A stretch of 64,000 nucleotides of DNA from Segatella copri. Lineage in GTDB: Bacteria; Bacteroidota; Bacteroidia; Bacteroidales; Paludibacteraceae. The position numbers and the translations under genes were made by a program. The notes under the pieces were generated by a model. The model did not search any database and was not told where the DNA came from. It saw nothing but the letters and a program-made list of their open reading frames with translations. The stretch is taken from positions 3,861 to 67,860 of the forward strand of contig CAVBBP010000003.1 of NCBI GenBank assembly GCA_963593685.1, in the 5' to 3' direction. Positions 46,309 to 54,387 of this stretch are shown piece by piece (position 1 is the stretch's first letter; each line of letters starts with the position of its first letter).

Positions 46309-46393
46309 GAGTGAGGAATTAGGAGTGAGGAGTGAGGCGGCAGAGCCGCAGAATTTCAGATTTCAGATTTCAGATTTCAAATTTCAGAATTTC

Positions 46394-46462
46394 ATTTGAT
46401 TTTTGCTCCGCTCGGCATTGCTCAAACAAGTTTGGCACTGCGCTCGCTTATCGCAAAAATTC
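46394..46462 (+). repeat. f core copy 6
   Basis: ATTTGATTTTTGCTCCGCTCGGCATTGCTCAAACAAGTTTGGCACTGCGCTCGCTTATCGCAAAAATTC. Confidence 0.9.
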
Positions 46463-46556
46463 AGATTTCAAATTGTAGGGACGCACCGAGTGCGTCCGAG
46501 AAGGTTAGCGGTTATAGGTTAGAGTTTATAGGGAACAGACAAAGAATAAGACCAAA

Positions 46557-46592
46557 GGCTTTTCCCCTTCGGGGAAAACGGGAAAAGAGGCC
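46557..46592 (+). repeat. p module copy (4C/4G type)
   Basis: GGCTTTTCCCCTTCGGGGAAAACGGGAAAAGAGGCC; TTTTCCCC pairs with GGGGAAAA. Confidence 0.8.
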
Positions 46593-46785
46593 ACTGCCAA
46601 GAAAACTAACAATGAACAATGAATAATAATTGCGGCGTTTCTGCTACCGAAACTCTGAAACACTGAAACTCTGAAACACTGAAACCCGCACGAAGTGCGA
46701 AAAACCTAGAAACTTTGAAAAAAATGGTTAGGAGAGGCATCCAAGAGCGTTAGCGTTTTTGGATGTTCTTTTTCGCTGGAAACGC

Positions 46786-47712
46786 ATGGCAAACGCTTAC
46801 GACATACTCACTATTCTTGGACCGACGGCTTCGGGCAAAACCGCTTTGGCTGTGGCTTTGGCGGCGCGGCTCGATGGCGAAATTCTCAGCGCCGACTCGC
46901 GGCAGGTCTATCGCGGTATGGACATTGGCACGGGCAAAGATTTGGCGGAATATACCATCGCCGAGCGTGCCATTCCGTACCACCTTATCGACATTGCCGA
47001 CGCTGGCTACAAGTACAATCTGTTCGAGTATCAGCGCGATTTTGCAGCGGCGTACAAGACGGTTGTTGCGCGCCACAAAACACCGATTTTGTGCGGTGGC
47101 ACAGGACTTTACATCGAGGCGGTGTTGGGCGGTTACCAACTGGTGGCTGTGCCAGAAAATGCGGAACTGCGCGCCGCTTTGGCGGACAAAACGCTGCCCG
47201 AACTTGCCGACATTCTGCGCGGCTACAAAACACTGCACAACACCACCGACATCGACACGACAAAACGCGCCATTCGCGCCATCGAAATAGCCGATTACAG
47301 CCGCCAACACCCCGAATTGCAGTCCACTGGCGAGCGGTTGCGCCCACTCATTGTTGGCGTGAACATCGACCGCGAATTGCGCCGCCAAAAAATTACCGAA
47401 CGCCTGCACCAACGGTTAGAATCGGGCATGATCGAAGAGGTGGAGCGTCTGTTGCAGGCTGGCATTCCACCCGAAAATTTGACCTACTATGGGTTGGAAT
47501 ACAAATTCGTAACTCTCTATCTGACAGGCGTTTTGACTTACGAAACGATGGTGGCGCAACTCGAAATAGCGATACACCAGTTTGCCAAACGCCAAATGAC
47601 ATGGTTTCGTGGCATGGAGCGGCGCGGTTTTGTCATCAACTGGCTCGATGCCACTTGGCCGATGACCGAGAAGGTTGATTTTGTCGAAAAACTGTGGCTC
47701 AAAAAACGGTAA
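46786..47712 (+). CDS. miaA: tRNA dimethylallyltransferase
   Basis: ILGPTASGKTALAVALA P-loop, SADSRQVYRGMDIGT; ATG 46786 preferred. Confidence 0.9.
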   Translation: MANAYDILTILGPTASGKTALAVALAARLDGEILSADSRQVYRGMDIGTGKDLAEYTIAERAIPYHLIDIADAGYKYNLFEYQRDFAAAYKTVVARHKTPILCGGTGLYIEAVLGGYQLVAVPENAELRAALADKTLPELADILRGYKTLHNTTDIDTTKRAIRAIEIADYSRQHPELQSTGERLRPLIVGVNIDRELRRQKITERLHQRLESGMIEEVERLLQAGIPPENLTYYGLEYKFVTLYLTGVLTYETMVAQLEIAIHQFAKRQMTWFRGMERRGFVINWLDATWPMTEKVDFVEKLWLKKR

Positions 47713-47770
47713 ATCGTCGCTTTTCGCAAAAATAATTGCCGCAGAGCGCGTTTATTATGATTTTTTTTAC

Positions 47771-47778
47771 TACCTTTG
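47771..47778 (+). promoter_or_regulatory. -7 box TACCTTTG for the TPR-ribH unit
   Basis: TTACTACCTTTGCAAAC, 80 nt upstream of ATG 47858. Confidence 0.5.
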
Positions 47779-47857
47779 CAAACTGGTAGCGCAATGGCAC
47801 GCAATGCGCGGCAAATTGCACGAAAAAGTTTGGTAAAAGTTTAATAATCAGGCAATT

Positions 47858-48544
47858 ATGGCTAAAAGTAAAAAACAAGAAGAAGATGTAAAAATGGAGA
47901 GTGTGCAGGAAGCGTTGAGCCGTTCCGAGGCATTTCTCGAAAAATATCGCAGACAAATACTCATTGTCGGTGGCGTTGTGGTTGCTGTGGTGGTGGCTAT
48001 TTTGCTCATTCACACCTACTACATGGTGCCGAAAAACGAGGAGGCGCAAGAGGCGATGTTGCCTGCTGTGGCTGCGTTCGAAAACGACCAGTACGAGTTG
48101 GCACTGCGTGGCGACGAAGAGAACGACGGTTTTGCCGCCATCGTCGATGAATATGGCATGACCGATGCCGCCGAACTGGCTGCCTACTACGCTGGCGTGT
48201 GCGCCTACAACTTGGGCGAATACCAAGAGGCCGCCGACTATCTGAAAGGCGTTGATAACCGCTCGGTGAACCTTGCTCCAGCCGCCAAAATGTTGCTCGG
48301 CGACTGCTATGTGCAACTCGACGAGTACGGAAAAGCGGTGAAATGCTTTGAAAAGGCAGCGAAACACGAAAATCTGTTGATTGCCCCGAAAGCCCTGAAA
48401 AAAGCAGGTTTGGCTTACGAAAAAATGGGCGAATACGCCAAGGCCGCCAAAGCCTACACCAAAATCAAAGAGACCTATTTTCAGTCGCAAGAGGCCGTTG
48501 ATATCGAAAAATATATCGACCGCGCCAACGCACTGGCCAAGTAA
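47858..48544 (+). CDS. membrane-anchored tetratricopeptide-repeat protein
   Basis: N-terminal TM helix ILIVGGVVVAVVVAILLI; TPR-like AAYYAGVCAYNLGEYQEAADYL, LLGDCYVQLDEYGKAVKCFEKA, GLAYEKMGEYAKAAKAY. Confidence 0.6.
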   Translation: MAKSKKQEEDVKMESVQEALSRSEAFLEKYRRQILIVGGVVVAVVVAILLIHTYYMVPKNEEAQEAMLPAVAAFENDQYELALRGDEENDGFAAIVDEYGMTDAAELAAYYAGVCAYNLGEYQEAADYLKGVDNRSVNLAPAAKMLLGDCYVQLDEYGKAVKCFEKAAKHENLLIAPKALKKAGLAYEKMGEYAKAAKAYTKIKETYFQSQEAVDIEKYIDRANALAK

Positions 48545-48570
48545 AAAAGCCTGAAAAATAGACTTGAAAA

Positions 48571-48605
48571 CCGTTTTGGGCTTGCGTCCGAAACGGATTT
48601 TTTTT
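48571..48605 (+). terminator. intrinsic terminator after the TPR gene
   Basis: CCGTTTTGG-GCTTGCGT-CCGAAACGG (9 pairs including one G-U) followed by ATTTTTTTT. Confidence 0.75.
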
Positions 48606-48694
48606 AATTTAGAATTAAGAATTTAGAATTAAGAATTAGGCGGCAGACCCGCATCATTTCTCACTTCTCACTGCTAACTACTCACTAAAAAATT
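48606..48694. repeat. mosaic repeat block (r, d-like, c reversed)
   Basis: AATTTAGAATTAAGAATTTAGAATTAAGAATTAGG, CGGCAGACCCGC, TTCTCACTTCTCACTGCTAACTACTCAC up to the ribH ATG. Confidence 0.85.
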
Positions 48695-49192
48695 ATGGCA
48701 ACAAAATATCACAATTTGAGCGATTACGATGCGCAGGCCATGCCAGATAGGCAAGAGGTTCAGAATCAGCACTATGCCATTGTTGTGGCCGACTGGAACG
48801 ACAATGTAACCTTTCGGCTGCTTGATGGTGCGATTGATGCGCTGATAGAGAACGGTGTGCGGCGCGAAAACATCACGGTGAAGCATGTTCCAGGCACTTT
48901 CGAACTGACTTTTGCTGCAAAAATGATACTGCGCGAGCAGTCGTCGGTGAATGCGGTTATCGTCATCGGGTGCGTTGTGCAGGGCGACACGCCGCATTTC
49001 GACTTTGTATGCCGTGGTGTAACGCAGGGCATTGCCGCGCTCAATGCCGACGAAAAATACCGTGTGCCGATTATCTTCAGTGTGCTGACTACCAACACGA
49101 TGCAGCAAGCCCTCGACCGTGCGGGCGGTTCACTCGGCAACAAAGGCGTGGAGGGTGCTGTTACCGCCATTAAAATGGCAAATCTGTTTTAG
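48695..49192 (+). CDS. ribH: 6,7-dimethyl-8-ribityllumazine synthase
   Basis: [39 protein letters not shown]. Confidence 0.92.
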   Translation: MATKYHNLSDYDAQAMPDRQEVQNQHYAIVVADWNDNVTFRLLDGAIDALIENGVRRENITVKHVPGTFELTFAAKMILREQSSVNAVIVIGCVVQGDTPHFDFVCRGVTQGIAALNADEKYRVPIIFSVLTTNTMQQALDRAGGSLGNKGVEGAVTAIKMANLF

Positions 49193-49213
49193 CGCAAACA
49201 AATTTTTGGAACG

Positions 49214-49348
49214 AAAAATATGTAAAATAAGGCGTTCTGATTCGTCAAAATATGTAAAATAAGGCGTTGTGATTTGCTGAAATATGTAAAATAAGGCGTT
49301 GTAGTTTGCTAAAAAGTGTAAAATAAGGCGTTGTGTTCGATTTTTTTT
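49214..49348 (+). repeat. four tandem 32-bp direct repeats
   Basis: TGTAAAATAAGGCGTT begins at 49221, 49253, 49285 and 49317 (exact 32-nt spacing); the unit tails diverge; immediately upstream of the promoter box at 49350. Confidence 0.9.
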
Positions 49349-49349
49349 G

Positions 49350-49357
49350 TAATTTTG
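49350..49357 (+). promoter_or_regulatory. -7 box TAATTTTG for the ATPase gene 49384
   Basis: 27 nt upstream of the ATG. Confidence 0.45.
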
Positions 49358-49383
49358 CGGCATAATTCAAAAATGCGGAACAA

Positions 49384-50691
49384 ATGAATGAGCCAATAGA
49401 CAAAAGGACGCTGGAGGTTGTATTACGCGACCAAAAGGTTGAAATAGAGAATCGTGCGCGCCGGCATTTGTGCGCTCGTAACGAAGAAAAACTTGTGGAC
49501 TTGGACAGTCCGCAGGCGCAGGTGGTTATAGGCGTGCGGCGTAGTGGAAAATCAACATTGTGTTTGCAGACGCTGGTAAGAGCAAAAGTTCGGTTTGCTT
49601 ATATCGATTTCGACGATGAGCGATTGGCTTATTTGGGCGTTAATCAGTTGAACGATGTTTTGGAGGTGCTTTACAAAATTTACGAAAAATTTGAGCATAT
49701 CTTTCTCGACGAGATTCAGAATGTCGATGGTTGGCCGCTCTTTGTCAATCGACTTTTGCGTACTGGAATGCATGTGATTTTGACGGGTAGTAATGCAAAA
49801 TTGTTAAGCAACGATTTGGCAACACATCTCACTGGTCGGAGCAGCGAAATAGCGCTTTATCCGTTTTCGTTTGGCGAATACTGCAATATGAAAGGCGTAG
49901 ATTGTAGTCGGCGAACCACTCAAGGCATTGCTATGCAGCGCAAGGCGTTCGACGATTATTTGCAGCAAGGCGGTTTCCCAGAATTGTTGCAAATTAAAAA
50001 CAGCAAGATATACATCAAAAATCTTCTCAACAACATTTTGACACGCGATATTGAGCAGCGTTACAAAATATCGTATCGCGCACAATTCGAGAATTTGGCG
50101 CAGCACATTCTCAATATATCGCCTTGCGTGGTGGCGACTTCCGACTGGGCAAACTTGTTTGGTTTCCGATCGGCTCACACGGTTCACAACTATTTGAAAT
50201 ATCTCAAAGAAGCGTATCTACTTGTTGGCGTAAAAAAATACTCTCGAAAAAGTAGAGTGCGTACGGTTGGCGAAAAAATTTATGCTATTGATGTCTCTTT
50301 GATGAACCAGCGCGACAACGCTTTTTCGGGCGAAAATCTTGGCTGGCGGCTCGAAACGGTGGTGCTTATTCACATTCTTCGAAAATGTAAAAACGAAGGT
50401 TGGAACATATACTATCTGAAAGAGCGTTCGGGCGAATGTGATTTTGTGGTGTGCGATGGCAATAGAGTGCTTCAGTGCATACAAGTTTCGTATGATATTT
50501 CGTCGGAAAAGACACGCAAACGCGAAATTGATGGGCTGCTTCTTGCCAACAAAAAGACCAAATGCGAAAATTTGTTGCTGCTTACCGACCACACATACGA
50601 AGAGTTTGAAAAAGATGGTCATCGCGTTCTGATAAGACCAGTGTATGAATGGGCGGCAGAGATTTTTGGCGAGGCGTTTGTAAATGTTTAG
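49384..50691 (+). CDS. AAA-type ATPase with DUF4143-like C-terminal domain
   Basis: Walker A GVRRSGKST, Walker B IFLDEIQ; C-terminal ECDFVV...IQVSY nuclease-fold-like segment common to this family. Confidence 0.75.
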   Translation: MNEPIDKRTLEVVLRDQKVEIENRARRHLCARNEEKLVDLDSPQAQVVIGVRRSGKSTLCLQTLVRAKVRFAYIDFDDERLAYLGVNQLNDVLEVLYKIYEKFEHIFLDEIQNVDGWPLFVNRLLRTGMHVILTGSNAKLLSNDLATHLTGRSSEIALYPFSFGEYCNMKGVDCSRRTTQGIAMQRKAFDDYLQQGGFPELLQIKNSKIYIKNLLNNILTRDIEQRYKISYRAQFENLAQHILNISPCVVATSDWANLFGFRSAHTVHNYLKYLKEAYLLVGVKKYSRKSRVRTVGEKIYAIDVSLMNQRDNAFSGENLGWRLETVVLIHILRKCKNEGWNIYYLKERSGECDFVVCDGNRVLQCIQVSYDISSEKTRKREIDGLLLANKKTKCENLLLLTDHTYEEFEKDGHRVLIRPVYEWAAEIFGEAFVNV

Positions 50692-50707
50692 TTGGACGAT
50701 AGCGAAA

Positions 50708-50778
50708 AACCCGCCCATAAGTCTGTAGAGATGCGCTCTCTATGGGCTTTTTTGTGCTTTTGGGCGGCGTTTTTTTTA
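50708..50778 (+). terminator. nested hairpins with T-runs after the ATPase gene
   Basis: GCCCATA...TATGGGC followed by TTTTTT (50713..50753), enclosed by CCGCCCA...TGGGCGG followed by CGTTTTTTTT. Confidence 0.6.
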
Positions 50779-50807
50779 TAGCATTTGCAAGTGTGAACGA
50801 AAAGCCG

Positions 50808-50815
50808 TACCTTTG
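50808..50815 (+). promoter_or_regulatory. -7 box TACCTTTG with -33 TTTG (50784..50787) for wecB
   Basis: 20-bp spacing; 77 nt upstream of ATG 50892. Confidence 0.65.
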
Positions 50816-50891
50816 TAAGTTAGTTGAATTGCTCTGTTGCAAGTTGCTGTGCAGAGCGTTTTGTGCGAATAAAAGAGCTTTTTGTTGTAGT

Positions 50892-52043
50892 ATGAAAACG
50901 GTACTATTGGTTTTTGGTACGCGCCCCGAGGCCATCAAAATGGCTCCATTGGTGAAGATGTTGCAGGCAATGCCCGACAAATTTCGCACTGTGGTGTGCG
51001 TTACTGGGCAGCACCGCGAAATGCTCGACCAAGTGCTGTCGTTGTTCGAAATAGTGCCGGACTATGACTTGAACATTATGCGTCCGAACCAAGATTTGTA
51101 CGACATTACATCGAAAATAATTCTTGGCATGCGCGATGTGTTAAAAACAACAATGCCCGATGTTGTTCTTGTACACGGCGACACCACCACATCTACGGCA
51201 GCCGCTCTTGCCGCATTCTATCAGCAAATTCCAGTTGGGCATGTCGAGGCGGGTTTGCGCACAGGAAATATCTACAGTCCGTGGCCCGAAGAGATGAACC
51301 GTCGGCTGACGGGGCGCATAGCCACACACCATTTTGCCCCGACGGCTTTGGCACGCCAAAATCTATTGCACGAATCGGTCGATGATGCAAAAATTTGCGT
51401 TACGGGCAATACGGTTATCGATGCCTTGCATTGGGTGGTAGGGCAGTTGGCTGTTAATCCTGATTTGTGCCGAAAGACCGAACAAGAGATACTTTGCGAT
51501 GGCTACGACACGCACCGTTTGTCCGATGCTCGGAGAATGGTTCTTATTACGGGTCATCGCCGCGAAAATTTCGGAGAAGGATTTCGGCAGATTTGTCGTG
51601 CTATTCGCAGTTTGGCTGAGCGTTATCCGCAGGTCGATTTTGTTTATCCCATGCACCTGAATCCGAATGTACGAAAACCCATATTCGAAATACTGGGCGA
51701 CGGTGTCGAACAAAACATATTTTTGATAGAGCCGTTGCAGTATTTGCCGTTTGTCTATATGATGCAGCATGCTCATTTGTTGTTAACCGATTCGGGTGGT
51801 GTGCAAGAAGAGGCACCTGCGTTGGGAAAGCCTGTGCTTGTGATGCGCGACACCACCGAACGCCCCGAGGCTGTAGAGGCTGGCACGGTACTGCTTGTTG
51901 GCACCGACCAAAACGAGATAGAGCAGGGCGTTTCTCGCTTGCTCGACGACGCTCAACAATACAAAACGATGAGCGCAGCCATCAATCCCTACGGCGATGG
52001 GAAAGCGTGTGAACGGATAGTGGAATATCTGTTAAAAAACTGA
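50892..52043 (+). CDS. wecB: UDP-N-acetylglucosamine 2-epimerase (non-hydrolysing)
   Basis: [41 protein letters not shown]; the track start 50742 lies upstream of the promoter and terminator. Confidence 0.92.
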   Translation: MKTVLLVFGTRPEAIKMAPLVKMLQAMPDKFRTVVCVTGQHREMLDQVLSLFEIVPDYDLNIMRPNQDLYDITSKIILGMRDVLKTTMPDVVLVHGDTTTSTAAALAAFYQQIPVGHVEAGLRTGNIYSPWPEEMNRRLTGRIATHHFAPTALARQNLLHESVDDAKICVTGNTVIDALHWVVGQLAVNPDLCRKTEQEILCDGYDTHRLSDARRMVLITGHRRENFGEGFRQICRAIRSLAERYPQVDFVYPMHLNPNVRKPIFEILGDGVEQNIFLIEPLQYLPFVYMMQHAHLLLTDSGGVQEEAPALGKPVLVMRDTTERPEAVEAGTVLLVGTDQNEIEQGVSRLLDDAQQYKTMSAAINPYGDGKACERIVEYLLKN

Positions 52044-52048
52044 TAGTT

Positions 52049-53124
52049 ATGAAAAATATTGGCATACTTACGCTGCATAGAGCGTTGAATTACGGCGCAG
52101 TGTGGCAGTGTTGGGCGCTGAAACGAGCGTGCGAGAAGTTGGGCTATCATGTCGATGTTATCGACTACAATCCTTGGGGGCATTACACCTATCGTGGGGC
52201 GTTGTGCCATAAGCCTATGCGTGCCTATCACTATACAAAAATGCTCTATCTTTTCAATCAGTTTGTGACGAACCGACTAAATCCGACTACGCACGCCGAA
52301 TCGCACGACTATATGGTACAGAACCCGCCTCGGGTCGATGCTTGCATAGTTGGTTCCGATACTGTGTGGAACAACGATCTTGTAGGAGATTTTGTCTATT
52401 CATATTTGTTTGATTTTACGCCCCCAAACACGCCTAGAATTGCCTATGCGGCATCGACGGGGGGGGGTATATTCTTGATAATCAGAAAGTTAGAGGGCTT
52501 TTACAGCGCTTTACAGCCATATCGTTGCGCGAGCAACAATCGGTGGCGCAGTTGATAGAAATGACTGGCAAACCTGTAGTCGATGTGTGCGACCCGTCGT
52601 TGTTGATTGACAAGGCGGAGTATGCGCAAGAAGCAAAATATACCTGTTTTTTGCCTAAACATTACATCGCTTTTATGGATATGACCAACGACCCATTCGC
52701 CAAAGAGGTGGTTATCGCCTTGCGGAAGAGGTTGAAAATGCCTATCGTGAGCATTACGGGCAACTATTATCGCGGAATCGATAGGCATAAATTAGGTTTG
52801 AGTCCCGAAAAATGGCTCTATGTGATGGCGCATGCCGACTGTGTGTGTACGAATAGTTTTCACGGAACGGCTTTTTCTGTTGTTTTCGAGCGGCCATTTG
52901 TGTGCTGTCAAGTAAAAGTGGGCGGCAGAGCAAAAACCAACGGTCGTGTCGAAAATCTGTTGGCACAATGCGACCTGAGCCGCCAATATGTGTCGGACTT
53001 CGGCCAAATAGATACCGCGTTGGACATTGACTATGCGTTGACTAGAAACGCCATCGACGCATACAGAACACGGTCGTTCGAGTGGCTAAAGAAATCGTTA
53101 TCAGATGCAACAGACAAAAAATGA
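52049..53124 (+). pseudogene. polysaccharide pyruvyl transferase interrupted by a frameshift in a G9 tract
   Basis: Track ORFs 52049..52555 and 52525..53124 are the N- and C-halves of one PS_pyruv_trans-like protein. The second frame is open back to the G-run (GGGYILDNQKVRGLLQRFTAISLREQQ...). 10 G or 7 G would give one 358-aa ORF. Confidence 0.8.
52459..52467 (+). repeat. homopolymeric G9 tract
   Basis: GACGGGGGGGGGTAT counted directly; it is the frameshift site of the pyruvyl transferase. Confidence 0.95.
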
Positions 53125-54088
53125 TATCGGAATACAGTGGCGGCGAAAGATAAAATCGCTGTTATTCGGAGCGTGTAACTTTTTTCGGCACTATTGTCGT
53201 GCGGTGCGTAACATAAATGCCAATTACTACGCTTCGGAAGAGAATTTTCTGCCGATACTTACAGCCAATTACCACGCCATAGAGAAGAGTTTGGCTATGC
53301 CAAAGTTTGAACCCGGACACGCCAAAGAGCGTGTAGCGGTAGTTTGCGGCGACATTTTGCAGTACAAGTCGCTTGGCTTCGACACGACCAATGTGCAGTT
53401 TGTTGGGGCTTTGCAGGCCGTAGATGCTTACAGGCGCATACATCAGAAAATTGGTTACGACTTGGGTACTATGTTGAATGCGACCATCGAGGCGGCGTTG
53501 GGTGCGGCCTCGTTCGAACCGTGCGATCAGCCGTATGTAACTTCTGAGCAATTTTTCGCCGATGTGGTGGATTATGGAGCGTTTGCTAAATCGCGGCACA
53601 GCGTGAGGGCTTTTTCCGATAGGGAAATTCCTCGCGAAATCATCGAAAACTGTATCGACATTGCACGCACTACGCCAACGGCTTGCAATAGGCAGCCCAA
53701 TACCACTTATGTCGTAACCGATGCTGCCGCCATTGGTCACATAGCGTCCCTACAGGGTGGCGGACGCGGTTTTGTCGAAAAGGCGAAAGCTATTTTGGTC
53801 GTTACGAGCCGTGTTTCGTGTTTCAGTTACAACGAAATAATGGAGGCTTTCAAATCGGGAGGCATGTACACGATGAATCTGCTGCTTGCCCTGCATAGTT
53901 TTCGCATTGGCGCATGCACTTTGGAGTGGAACGAGCGTCGGCGCGAGGACAACAAACTGCGGAGAATGCTTTTGATTCCCGATAACGAAGAGATTGTTAT
54001 GCTTGTGGCCGCTGGCTATCCGCCCGACGAATTTTCGTATGTGGCCTCGATGCGTAATCCGCTTGAAAAATCGTGCAAATTCGTTTAA
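53105..54088 (+). CDS. nitroreductase family protein
   Basis: SRHSVRAFSDREIP and PTACNRQP contexts, ~330 aa; overlaps the upstream gene by 20 nt. Confidence 0.65.
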   Translation: MQQTKNDIGIQWRRKIKSLLFGACNFFRHYCRAVRNINANYYASEENFLPILTANYHAIEKSLAMPKFEPGHAKERVAVVCGDILQYKSLGFDTTNVQFVGALQAVDAYRRIHQKIGYDLGTMLNATIEAALGAASFEPCDQPYVTSEQFFADVVDYGAFAKSRHSVRAFSDREIPREIIENCIDIARTTPTACNRQPNTTYVVTDAAAIGHIASLQGGGRGFVEKAKAILVVTSRVSCFSYNEIMEAFKSGGMYTMNLLLALHSFRIGACTLEWNERRREDNKLRRMLLIPDNEEIVMLVAAGYPPDEFSYVASMRNPLEKSCKFV

Positions 54089-54280
54089 GGGGACTTCTAT
54101 AAATTCCCCGTTTTGTAAAAAAGTTCAACAAATAATAAATTTCAGAACACTTTTGTGTGCTTTCGTTCAAGCCAAACATCTGCTAGTTCAAAATTCAAAA
54201 ATCACTACAAAGGAATTTATAGAAATCCCCTTGAAAAAATATATCGGTTTTGTTGAAATTTTGCAGCCTTAATCGGTGCT

Positions 54281-54311
54281 AATCCAAAAAAATATGCTGA
54301 TTTTTTGGATT
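54281..54311 (+). terminator. perfect 11-bp AT-rich hairpin after the nitroreductase operon
   Basis: AATCCAAAAAA-TATGCTGA-TTTTTTGGATT; an imperfect second copy AATCCGAAAAA...ATTTTGGATT follows at 54314..54346. Confidence 0.4.
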
Positions 54312-54359
54312 ATAATCCGAAAAATTGTACTGATATTTTGGATTATTGGAAATTGTTTG

Positions 54360-54367
54360 TACCTTTG
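54360..54367 (+). promoter_or_regulatory. -7 box TACCTTTG with -33 TTTG (54337..54340) for the ATPase gene 54388
   Basis: 19-bp spacing; 21 nt upstream of the ATG. Confidence 0.65.
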
Positions 54368-54387
54368 CTGTGCCGAATAGATAGCGT

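Larger units (their letters stand above)
46303..46720 (+). repeat. mosaic repeat block (b-d-e-f-e-g-n-o-p-u-j)
   Basis: AATTAGGAGTGAGGAATTAGGAGTGAGG includes the dnaA stop codon; GGCGGCAGAGCCGC hairpin; (ATTTCAG)n; f core; g hairpin 46479..46497; p module; CTGAAAC words. Confidence 0.9.

Noticed and set aside
46396-46626. Small ORFs translating the repeat blocks (46396..46626+, 31863..32108-, 31856..32101-, 42008..42271-, 38841..39032+, 16857..17120+), some sharing IFAPLGIAQTSLALRSLIAKIQ
   Set aside because: The shared peptide is just the f core read in one frame. The flanking translation differs with each block, the starts are arbitrary, and the modules also occur inverted. I treat them as non-coding repeats.
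44554-46785. oriC next to dnaA
   Set aside because: I found only one 8/9 match to the DnaA box (TGTTGATAA at 44863). There is no cluster of TTATCCACA-like 9-mers or obvious AT-rich unwinding element in 44554..44919. The region 46309..46785 is an ordinary mosaic repeat block. AAATCCACA strings inside repeat words (17148, 33770) are 7/9 matches embedded in i-type words.
49193-49383. Invertible-promoter (fin-site) switch at the polysaccharide locus
   Set aside because: No inverted repeats flank the promoter region. The only repeats are four direct 32-bp units, and no site-specific recombinase gene is present in the window.
50742-50891. N-terminal extensions offered by the ORF track (wecB 50742, fabD 16025, yigZ 19781, ybaK 20376, LytTR 27693, SGNH to 27828, pepD to 40693, LRR to 41999, miaA 46759, LolA-like 6287)
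   Set aside because: The extensions translate promoter, terminator or repeat sequence, or overlap the upstream gene. Downstream ATGs give canonical family N-termini or signal peptides and sit 20-80 nt after a TAnnTTTG box.
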